DNA of 64,000 bases from Candidatus Omnitrophota bacterium. GTDB lineage: Bacteria; Omnitrophota; Omnitrophia; Omnitrophales; JACROU01. The position numbers and the translations under genes were made by a program. Below are positions 28,568-40,500 of this stretch, piece by piece. The notes beneath the pieces were generated by a model. That model searched no databases, had not been told where the DNA came from, and was given only the letters and a program-made list of their open reading frames with translations. How positions within the stretch are numbered: the first letter of the stretch is position 1; the number at the start of each line of letters is the position of its first letter. Location: contig JAJDCD010000025.1 of NCBI GenBank assembly GCA_029261035.1, positions 66,926 through 130,925 on the forward strand. Direction: 5' to 3'.

Positions 28568-31500
28568 TTATGCAGCTGTGAGAAGGGCTTGATACGCTTT
28601 AAAAGCTTGTTGGAGTTTACTGATTTTTTCTCTTAAGGAATTTTTAACAAAAGTAAAAACACCTCTCTTCTTATCTTTCCGAATATTGTCACGCACAGGT
28701 TTCATTAATGGATGAGACATATCCCCTTCGCTCATTCCCAACAAGAAAGCATGCGGCAATGCATAACGATTAAAATCTGCTAACTCAATACCTAAATCAC
28801 TTAACTCATTTGAAGAAGGGGTCTCTAACCTTTGGATCAACATAAGATCAATCGCACTTAATAATTCGGACGAACCTACAACGCTCAATCTACGATGAAC
28901 CATCGCCTGAGTTATATTTACACTCACTTCTTCAAAATACTGTTTTGCCAAATTTAAGATTTGAACAAAATCTTTTCCTGTTAAATAAGATTGAAAACTA
29001 TCGACTTCATCCCCTTTAAGTATAGGAATAACAAGAATTCGATCATTAATTAGCTCCCCATTTTTATCCTTCAAGAATTTTATTTTATTTTCAATCTGTT
29101 TGGCTTCTTTATTGGTTCCATAATAAAAAATTAAAGACACTGTTTTTGGATTATTCGTAAGTAATAGTGACTCCGACTCTACATCAAAGTAATCACTTGT
29201 TTTCATAACAACAGAAAAAGTCTCTGAATTCAAATCATAGGCATTAAACACACGACTTTGAGTTTCCGAAAGCACTCGATCAAAAGAAACAACCCTTGGA
29301 GATTCAGCATCCGCACTTTCAGCCGCAAAAGCTTTTGGATACCAAGAACTCATAACAAGTCTGTAAAGAGAGCTCTTCGCAGAAGAATAAAAGGACAAAG
29401 GTAAAATGCGTCCCGAAAATAACTGTGCCGTTTCTCTAACACGATCCACAACACCCAAACTTGCAGCAGAAACGTCTGCTAACTCAGGGTCATTGGAATA
29501 AATAAACCCTCCTCCAGAAGTACGATTTATAATATTTGCATGAAACACCGCTAAATCATGCTGATCTAACAAAGTATGAACTTGGTTAAAAAAAACAAAA
29601 TCTGATTTCCCAGACTCCAAATCACCTCTTGTTTTATACTTAAATGCCTGAACCCAAGCATTTACCTCTGGGTTATCAAGGTCCACTGTCACAAACTGCC
29701 AAGAGTCACTGACCCCTGGTAAAAAAGAAAATGCTTTTCTGATGTTGTTTCTCATGTCCTCAAAGTCTTTCTCCAAAGGAGTTACCGTTCTAAATCCTTC
29801 ATTAGGAATATATTTTTGAAACTTGTGCTTAAACCCATTCCACTGACCATAAACACCTCCATCTTTGTGTCTTAAGTCTATGAATGGGTAAATAATCTCC
29901 CCTCTTTTAAATGCTTCTAACACACGAGTGTCTCTATCTAAAATATTAAAATCTAAAGGAATCTCTTCTAAAGACACCCCCTCCTTTTGATACGCAGTCA
30001 TCATCAAAATTAAAATACTTAAAGGTTCTTCAAATACACCTGGACCTATTAAATCGATGGTTATTTTTTTATTTTGTTCATCGCTTTCCTTTTTCTTTCT
30101 AATCAACTCTCTTAACTTTAAATAAAAACTTTCATACTGTTTATGAGTCCTAAAAAACAACCCATACCGACCCGTTCCTTCATAATCCAAAGGAAGGGTA
30201 ACATCACTTTCTGGCTGAACCCAATACAAACTAAATTTTCCAAATTCTCTTTTATACTGGTCCATATCCTTAATTCCATTCAAATACATAAAGTACTCTC
30301 TAAAATCATCGTACCCACTAGCACGTGCAAAGCCTGACAAAGCCTTCAAAAAACTCTCTGAAAAGATGCGTCCCATATCTAATTGATGTATAAATGTTGC
30401 TCTAAAAGCTAAACTAGAAAGCATATCCGAAATCAAAACTCCATCCACACTCCCTATTCTTTTCACTAGACTCTTAGACACTTGTATTTCTCCTGTTTTA
30501 AAATCCGTTTGCTGCTGTCCCAGACTAGAAGCTCTCGAACGAGCAGCATCCATCACATCAACAACATCTTTAATTGTTTCTTTTGTATGATATGGAAGCA
30601 TAGACATCTTTACAGAATATGTTGGATCATCCTGAATTTTTAATAAATAATCATGCGGAGTCATTAAAATTAACTCTGAGTAACGAGCCATTGCAATTTT
30701 TCTGCTTTGCTCAGCAAATATTCGGACCATTCTGTCTTCAGTATATTCAGAGACCTGCTGTAAAAAATTAATTTGTTCTTTTAAGTAATCAACAAGCATA
30801 ATTAAATTCCACAAAAAAGAAGGTGTTGTTCCAGACTCACCCCAAAGCTCCCACAAATCACTATAGGGACTATCCAGTATTTCTATAAACTTATTTTTCT
30901 CAAGCAAGTCTCTAAAAGCACGTCTAGATTCAACAGAATTAACCGCTTTAATAATTCCCGCAGATGTAAATCCTGCTTTAAATAGCACTTCTTGTTTCCT
31001 CTCCAAAATTTCTCTTCTATCTTCTTCCAAATCATTATTCAAAATATTACTATTTCTATCGTACGCATCATGAGCTCTTTCCGACAATGTAGCAACAAAA
31101 TCTGTTGGAATATCAACATAAAGCAAACTTGTAACTCTAGGTAACCAACCCATTCTAACCTTTGCTTCAAAGTATTCCTCAGCAAAAAAACTTTTCCACA
31201 AAAATTGATACACCCCTTTTAAGTCGTTTACATTTAAAAGCTCTTGCTCCTTCTCTTTATTCCACCCACTATGATTCAATAATCCTTGAACCAAGCCTTC
31301 TACAAAGAACTCAAATCCATCATATTTCTCAAAATGATGCAAACTATCAACAGCAGAAACCGAAGATAATAAAGCGTCACTCACTTTCAGTTCTTTGCGC
31401 CTAGCACTTGTGAAAGGGTATTCATAAAGCATTCTAGAAGCAAAAAAGTCTGTCAAAACAAATCGTTGTCCTTGATTTATAGTTATTAATTTTTCTGGGT

Positions 31501-34500
31501 TTGTTAAGGGAATACGTCCTTGAACAAATTGATATGCCAATGCCTTTCCATAACCATAAGCAGCTTGTTGCACCCATGACTTCTCATCCTTTTTTTCTAT
31601 TAATTCTCCTTCATGAGTTGCTCGAATGGAACCTGGGCTCAACCTTAAAAGATACCCTTGTTTATTCGTTTTGTGTTCAAATTGAATACTAGCAATTACC
31701 CTAACAAGAGTCTCTTTTTCATACCCTTCTAAAGTAAAAGTCCCATATTGTTGCAAAGCATCAAATTCTCTTTTAGCCTCTCCAGCCGTCAGTCCTCCTC
31801 GAATACCTCTAAAGGAATCTTCGTAATCATAACCGCCTTCTGGAGTCCCAACCCCTTTTAATTCAAGAAAAAACTCTTGGCCATTCAACGAAAAAATCAA
31901 AGGCATTCCATTCTTTAAAACAATTCCTGTCCTCCCACCTGCACGCGTACCAATTTCAGGAGGAGTTACAGACATCAACACACTATAATCTTCCCCAATA
32001 TCTTCAGAGCTCGTAACAAGAACAGCCCCTGATAAAAAGTATTCTTTTAAGTCCTCCGGAACCATTTCCCAATCTACGGATGTTTCCATACTAACTTCAT
32101 CCATCAGAGTAAATGCGAGAGGTATTTCTTCCACAGATCTCAAATCTGTCCATTGAGCCTTAAAAGTCGCTGAGTCAGCATTTACAACATTTCTAAACTC
32201 TCTCCCTTTAGAATACACTGGTTGTATTTTTCCATCTCCATCTCTTGATAACCCAACAAGAAGATCGCCTTCCTGTCTAGCACTTTCAAACCTCTCTCTA
32301 ACCTCAGAATCTTCTACACTTTCAAGCTCGCTCAACTTCTCAGGCTCTGGCCAAAAATCGATTTTCTCACCACTATTTCGCTGCCAAATAACAAGCCCTT
32401 TCTGTAGAAGCTTACTTCCAAAATCAGAAAAAAACCTCAAGCCCCCCTCAAGCTTTTGGTAAGCTTTTGTAGGAGAACCATAAAGCTCTCTCAACATATC
32501 AAGCGTATGAACCCTTCCTTGGAGTTTGGATTCTTTGCTAAAATATTCCGACATAGTTTCGAAGTGAATCTTAGCAAAACTAATGTTAGGCCTATTAAAA
32601 GCTCCTATAAGATCTTCTATATGTCTATACGTATCTTTATGCCATTTCTTAATTCTTTGCTTTAACCTACTACGTAAAGACCAATAATCATTTTGAGGCT
32701 GCACTTCTGAAACAATTAAAACAGGATTATTAGACGCATCCCTCGATACCACGACATGCATCCAACCAATAAGACCTGGTCCCTCTGGAAAATTTTTCAA
32801 ATCCACCTCTCCCAAAACACCTCTAACCTCCTCTAAATCTTTTGTGTATTTAGTACCCTTTGAATCAACCAAAACATACACAACCAACGTTGGCTCATAA
32901 CTTTCATTAAAGAATGGGAGACGATCAATGCTTGCAGACAACTTGTATTTACCTAACTTTGAACTTTTATTAATACTCTCTTTAACTCTCTCTAAAAACC
33001 TCCAGTTCTCCAAGTAAATTGCTAAATTTCTACTTTGATCTGAATTCTCATTATTCAAACCAAGAGAAGATGCATCTACCTTACTCAACACTTTCTCTCG
33101 ACTTGCTACAACAGGAAGGTCGCCATCAGTTATTGAAGCCTGATAACTTTGATAAATCTCTTCAAAATAACTGCTATTAGAAAATAACTCAAAAACATCT
33201 TTCGATAATTTTGGATCAGAAAAAGAAAAATCAAAACCTAGCAAAACAACATTAATTAATTGCTGCACCCTTTCATCAGACAATCCTAAATGAGATAAAT
33301 TATTACTCATAGAGTCCCTTAAATAACCAGCAAACTGATTAGCAACATCAATATAAAATTGAACTTTTCCTTGATAATCAATTAAATAAAACTGTAATTC
33401 TCCCTTATGATCATCAACAACCACCTCCGCATTAGGCCATCCTCCCACCTTTTGATAGAAAGAACCTATAACCTTCCCAAACTGATAAAAGGCATTATCA
33501 AGAAAACCTTCATCCCCTAACCTTTCTCTGTTAACTAAAAGCCATTCATCAAAACTAATTCCAGGAGTATAGTCTTTGATATAAACTCTAATTGGATCTT
33601 CCTTATCAAATCCAATCTGAACAAATTGAAGAGGGCGAGTTAAGTAAGGCGTCTTTTCATAATCTTTCATACTTTCTTGGTATTCCATATACGTATGAGA
33701 ATCCGTAACAGCCCCATCCACACGATACATAAACTTGTCTGTAGCTGCCGTTAGATAAAAAACTTCATCTGGGCTTCTTAGCACAATAAGGTCCACCTTC
33801 TTATTGGACCCTTTAGCCTTACTTAAATCTATGAGCTCAATATCAAATTCGGAAAGTGGCTTGTCTGAACCTCTAAGTTCAAGAACATTTTCAAGTGTTC
33901 TTAATCCAGTTTTCTTATCCTTTACCAATAAAGCAGCCAAGATGCTTAAATGTGTGTCATGAATACCCTCTAACTCCTTATGAGAATCATAAACTTTAGT
34001 TTTAGCCAATATCTTTTCAACCTCTTCATCAAATTCAACCCGTTTAAAACGAAAGAATCTTCTCGTGCTCTCCTTAACTGATTCTTTAAATACAAGAGTC
34101 TCTTTTAATTGTTCAACACCCAATGATTGAGCCTCTGAAATCAAAGAGTCTTCCTGAGTAACCACACCTTCCTTTTCTTCTATAGACATAATCTGACTAA
34201 AGAAGTCTTTAACCACCCTTTCCATTTCGTTCTGTAACGCTAAATTATTTTGACTGTAGTGCTTATGCTGTGTTCCTTTCTGTAAAGTCACTACGTTTGA
34301 CCCTGAATCAGACCGCACTTCTGGATCAATGATAAAACGATGAGATACATTCTTCAAACCAGAGAAGGCCAAAACAAGATCCAGCTCTTTAGCAGAAGGA
34401 TCCACTGAAAAATAAACAGAACCCACCCCACTTGGAAGGCCCTTCACTTTTAAAGAAACATGCCAATCATAACCTCTCTCTAAATCAAAAAGCTTAGGAC

Positions 34501-37500
34501 CTTCATGTTCGATTTCTTCTGGTAGATTTTCTTTTTTGAACAGATCTTTAAACCTTTGAATTAAAGGAGTTGGATCAATAGGATAAATAGATGAGAAAAA
34601 GATAGCATCCGAAGCCTCTTCTGCTTCAGACAAATCTAACTCTAAATTAATTAAAGTAACTTCTTCATCCAAAGCAGGAAAGGAAATACGTCTGCTGTCC
34701 TTATCAAAAGATAATATGGGTTTAAAGGTCTTCAGAGAATCAAAAAGTCTCGCGCTCTGAGAAGGATAAATCGGCTCTTCTGATTCATATAAAACATAAT
34801 ACGTATCATCCACTAATACATAAGGGTCTAAATTTTCGGAGGTCCATATACGAGAAACATTCCCTACGTAGGCTTTACCATCAGACTGTTCTCTTAAAAA
34901 ACGATTTAACTCATATTCAAACAACAGTTCTTCAGTGCTAACATCGTCTCTTTTCATTAAAACATACTGCTTCCCATCAACATCCTCAAAACTCCAATAA
35001 ACATCGCTCAGTTTTTTTACCTGGACAAAACCTTCAATTCCAAATAAAGGCTCCACTCTCTGAATAAACTCCCCTTCAACACCTAAACTTCGGGCGGTGA
35101 AAAATTCTAAAACATCTCTATTGGGGTGCTTATTTTTAAATTCGTTACGACCTCTAAAGTTAACTCCTGTTCCAGTTAAATCAACCACCTCTAACTTTAC
35201 TAAGTTAAGTAAAGCTTCTAAGTTTCGATTCTTCACATCTCTTATTCTAGCCAAATACAGTTCCTTCAAATTAGTTAACTTGCTAATTATCTCTAAATCA
35301 CTTCCTTTTATTTGAGTCCTAGTTAGATTCAGCACTTCTAAATTTCTTAGAGCTTCTAACTGTTTTAACCCAGTTCCAGTTACCCTAGTTCCACTTAGAC
35401 GAAGTTCCTTCAGATTAGTTAATTGGATTATATCCTCAAGAGCACGATCTCCAACTTCAGAGCCTATCAAAGAGAGGGTTTTTAAATTTAGTAAATTCCT
35501 TAAATAGTTTAACCCTTCATCCATTACTTGGGTTCGATCCATTATAAGGCTTTCTAAATTCGTCAACTTTCTCAAATGTACTAACCCTTCACCCGTTACT
35601 TGCGTATCTTTTATATCAAGATTTTTCAAACTTATTAAACCACTCAAATGAGTCAGCTCTTCATTTCCAATGTCAAGTTCACTCAGATCAAGACTTCTCA
35701 AATTAGCATGTTCTTTTAAATGCCCAAGCTCTTCATTTCCAATGTCATAATAAATAAATAAAAGAAATCCTAAATTTTTTATCCCTCTTAATTTACTTAG
35801 TGAGACATTTTCAAATGGTAAGAAACCAAGTTTGATATTTAGCATTAAAGTATCTTCTTCAAAACCTACAGCTTCTCTAAATTCACCTTGTTCATATACA
35901 GAAGGATTATTCAAATCATCTAAACGACCTTTTATATCCTCTCTCACCCGTGCTTTATATTCTTCTATCACCTGTTGACCTTTTTTCGTTTCTCTTATTC
36001 GTCGTATAGCTTGTTTATGCTGCTCATGATAACTATCTGGAAAAAGGATACCTTGAGCCCACCCTCCTTCCAACACTCTCATCACTTCATCTTCTCTTCC
36101 AAGTCCTCCCAGCCTATGAAGAACCATCCCTCTCAACCCAAAATTTTCTGGGTATTCGTGCAACGCTCTCATCATTTCATTTAATCCCATATCAGGGCCT
36201 ATACCAAGGCTTTGCGCTTCTGTACTTTTAGGCTCATCTTCATCATCTGTTTCAACCCAAGAGATATTTCTATAATTTACCTCTACATCTCTTCTTGCAA
36301 GATAAATTCCTCCCGCTCCTGTCCCGACAGCAACAAGCAATAAGAGTGCGGGAATAGCTATAGGCATAGAGAATAAGAAAGAAAACAAACCTAAGGTAAA
36401 CATGTTGATTCCTAAAAAGACAATTCTTTCTCCTCGAGTAGAGCCTGGGGTCAAAGTGCTTTGTGGAAAATCAAAATCTTGAACATCCTCATCTCCTAAA
36501 CTAGCTCCCACAACAGCTCTTCGATCTCTTTCTCTATCATCAAGAATGCTTCTTTCTTCAAAAGACACATCTGACATTTCGCTTCTCAACAAATCCTGAT
36601 AATTACTCACCTGATCGAACAAAAACCAATTACGTTCTGTTGGCTTTAATCTTAATTGTTGTTCAGCTTGAGCAGCTCGATATTCCTCAAGCAATTCATC
36701 GTACTCCAACAACTCACTCTCATCTCCTTCGTAACGAAGTAATGCTGCTTGAAACATTTCGAGCAAAAGTCCTAATTTCAAGTCTAAATGCCTCAATTGC
36801 TCAATTTGATCAAAAACTTCTTTTCCCTTTTGCACAAAAAAGTTTTCTTCAAAAATATATCCACGAAGAACTTCATAAGTTGTTTTTTTCTTTTTTATTT
36901 GAATAGGTTGCCCATCTACATCTCGTGATGCTGTAGCCACTGGCATAAGCATTCTTCTTTCTTCAGACCAAACACCCGAATTGATTTCGCGAGACATTGC
37001 CCAAATAGCTGCAGTCCATAGAAAAGGAATCAAAGTCATCAGGATACTAAAAATAGAAAAAATAGTTGCGTTTTGAATTGCCGCATCCGGGCCAGGGCCA
37101 ACAATAAATGAATGAATACCTATAGGAAGCAAAGAAAATGGCATATATTGAAATAAAAACTTCGTGAAAAAATCTTGAAAAAGTACAATTCGGTTCGCAT
37201 GTCGTTCAGGGTTTTGAACAGCAGACACAAAAGAGTATAATTGAGAAGACATGGCACTATAAGCATCCCCTGCACTTCCTCCATAGGCTCCGTGCCAAGC
37301 AAAGATTTCATCCGCCTCTTTTCTGTAAGATTTTCCTAAAGCACGAATATCTTTTATGACTTGTTTTACAGCTTCATTCCGATCAGAAGAAAGGTTCGGA
37401 TTAGAAAAAATATTCGCCACTTCACTTACTGCCACTGAGCGTTTTTGTATCGACCTCATGGATGGAAGCAGCATAATAAGTGCTGTTGCAAATACATTCC

Positions 37501-40500
37501 TATGGGGAGGCGGAATATTCGTATTAATAGCAGCATCCCTCAGAATAAGCACCGCTTTTTTGCGGTTGCCAATGTAGCCCTCCCGTCTCATCAGTGCAAC
37601 AATAACTTCCGCAGCCTGCTGCACCTGTCCTTCTGTATATAACCGCCATGCATCATCAAATTCTAAAGCAGGTTCTTGAGATCGCAATTCTTCTTTCCCC
37701 AAACTCGCTCCTTCAATTTGACGATCATCTTTTTTCTTCTTTTTCTTAAGCTTTATACTTAGCTTTTCTGGAGTTTCTGATATGTCTGGGGTTGTTGAGA
37801 TGGAAAAACCCAAACTTGAAAATCGAATAGAAAGCTGATCTTTATAACTCTCTATTTGAGCTTGCATCCTTGGGCTCTCAGTTTGAAACTCATCTAGAAA
37901 CTCATGAAATCCCTGTACATCTTGAATAATTCGATTTTTTAAATTAAGATTATCGAAATCATCTGCATATTTAAAAATAAGGGATGCAATTTCATTTAGT
38001 AAAATTAACCTTGAGTCTAAACTGTCCAGATATTCAAATTGACTCAATAAATATTTGCGTGACTGTTTATCGTTAAATAAAGATTTTTCTGATTCCCATA
38101 TCAACCTTCTAACATGGCTTACAATGTCACGATCAGCTAATTTGTTTTGATCAAAGAGCTCCTCACGAAGCTCTCTTCTTTCTCTTATTTTATTGAATAC
38201 TTTTTTAAGAGTCCCAACAATGACAATAAGAGAAACAAAAGATATCAATACATTGATATTAAAATGAGATGTGTAAAATCGATGAGGATTAACGTCGAAA
38301 AAAGAATGGTAAATGCTAACTAAAGGAATAATAGCAATCACCCAAGCAAAACTCGCCACTAATGCAAGACCTTCTATTTCATTAAAATCCCTATTTCTAT
38401 AAACTGTCAAAGGATCTTCTATTAAATGCTCTGTCTCAAAGATGAAATCGGATGTAAGATAATACTTTTGCTTATCATCTTCTTTTCTAATTGAGTAATT
38501 AAAACGATCTGTATTCTCCTGCATCAAATAAGTCCTCAATAAACGCTTCGCATCTAACCCATATTCTGAATTTGTTAAAATTTCAGCATACTGATCAATT
38601 TCTTCTCTCGATTGAGAAATTACGCCTTTCATCCCTTCTGTTGCTAAAATAAGCTCAACATAATAACGAGCTACACTTCTTCTCTTCTTTCTGTCTTTAT
38701 AGTAATACAGATGATGACTGTGCAAATATTCAATTATTTCTCTTTGATAAATATTTTCTGCTGGCAATGGCCTATATTCCAAAAGCAAATCCAAAGCTTC
38801 TCCATGACGTTGTGCTTCTCTTAAAGACCGGTGTCTAACAGCCAATTTATTTGCTTCATCATCTGTTAAATCCACACTAACTCTTTCTTTTGGATCAGAT
38901 CTGTCTGAATAATCAAACGGAAATTCATCTTTGGAAAACTGCTTACCCAAACTCGCACCTTCTAGCTGACGGTCATCTCTTACTTTTCCAGTTTTAGAAT
39001 CTTCTGCAATTGGAGGGGCGGAAATATCTCTTTGAATATCTGGAAATGGAATATCAGGAAATTGTTGAATTAAGAATTCCCGCAGGTTTTTAGATTGGTC
39101 TTTGATGGGCTCCGACACGGAACTTATTTCTGTTAAAAATTGATAAAAGGCTACAATTTCATTATTGAGCCACTCTACCAACAATGGGTTTTCTTTTTCT
39201 TCCGAATATTTAATGACGGCTGCTGCTAATTCATTCAGCAAATAAATTTGAGCATCCGTGGTTCTCAGTTTTTCAAATTGAAGTTTAATGTATTGACGAT
39301 GTTTTTCATCATTAAAGAAATAGCTGTCTGTTGTCCATAACTTCTTATTAACTGCCTTAACAATTTCTTGATCACTCTCACCTAAAGATTCAAAAAGAAT
39401 TTGGTTCTGAAGTTCTAGATAATTAAGATCTTTTCCTCTGTTTTTATCCAACATCATTCTAAAAATAGCAATTAAAGATATGATTGGAATTAAAATGGCA
39501 ACTCCTCCAAGAACATAATCCGATATCTGAGAAGCCTCTAGCAAAACACGAGTGCCTAAGGTAATAAAAATTGCTGGCATTGGAACAAGTATCCAATTTT
39601 GTTTTCTGAAAATTACATTAAAAATTGAAGGGTTTCCAATTTCTTCCAAGTAAGCTTGAGGATCTAAAATCATTCTAGAAGCATGTTCTGCATCTCGTGC
39701 TGTTTTATAATAAGGCCCAGCAGGTCCTGAACCATATTGACCACCACCCCACTCAACATACTCCTTATACTTTTGGGCGCCTTGCTCATTTAGTTCTTTT
39801 GAAAGCTGTTTCAATAGATTTGAAGCTGTTTCCGCTGAAACAGCAGACGAGATTAGATCAACCATTTTGTCTTGAAGGTCCCAATCATCAAATTTAGATT
39901 CTACACCTGGCAACAATTGAATAAAAAACTTAGCTGCTTTTCTTCGAATTTGCACAGGTTGTGTTTGATCAAACAGCAATGGATAAACTAAATCAAAACT
40001 TTGTTTTCGATATTCATCATTATCGGGTAATATTCCTGGAGAACGCGCTAATAGAATATGAATCATCTTTTCATAAAAACCCAATTGAAATAAACCCTTA
40101 GCTTGAGTCAATCGATTTCTAGCATCTTCGATACCTGCTACGGATAACCTTTCATCAAAACCAAACTGCCTTTCAGTAAGTGGCGAGTTTCCCATAATAG
40201 AGCGTCGACGAGACACTTCCTCTCCAGCCGCACCAGGATCAAAATCACGCCATTTAAGCCACATCTGCTCTGTATCTACAACTGTCAAATCCAAAGGCTC
40301 TGGATGCTTTTCATAAATCTGTCTAATTTCTTCTCGAGATACTGGAGTCTGGTAAAAACTAACATGCAATAAATTCTCCATACCTTCAATCAAACTAATG
40401 TCTACCGACTCTAAACCATCTAGATTTAAATCAATCTCTTCTTTCCATTCATTCAGAATAACTCTCTTATCCCACTCCTCTTCTAGTCCATTGACTCTTA

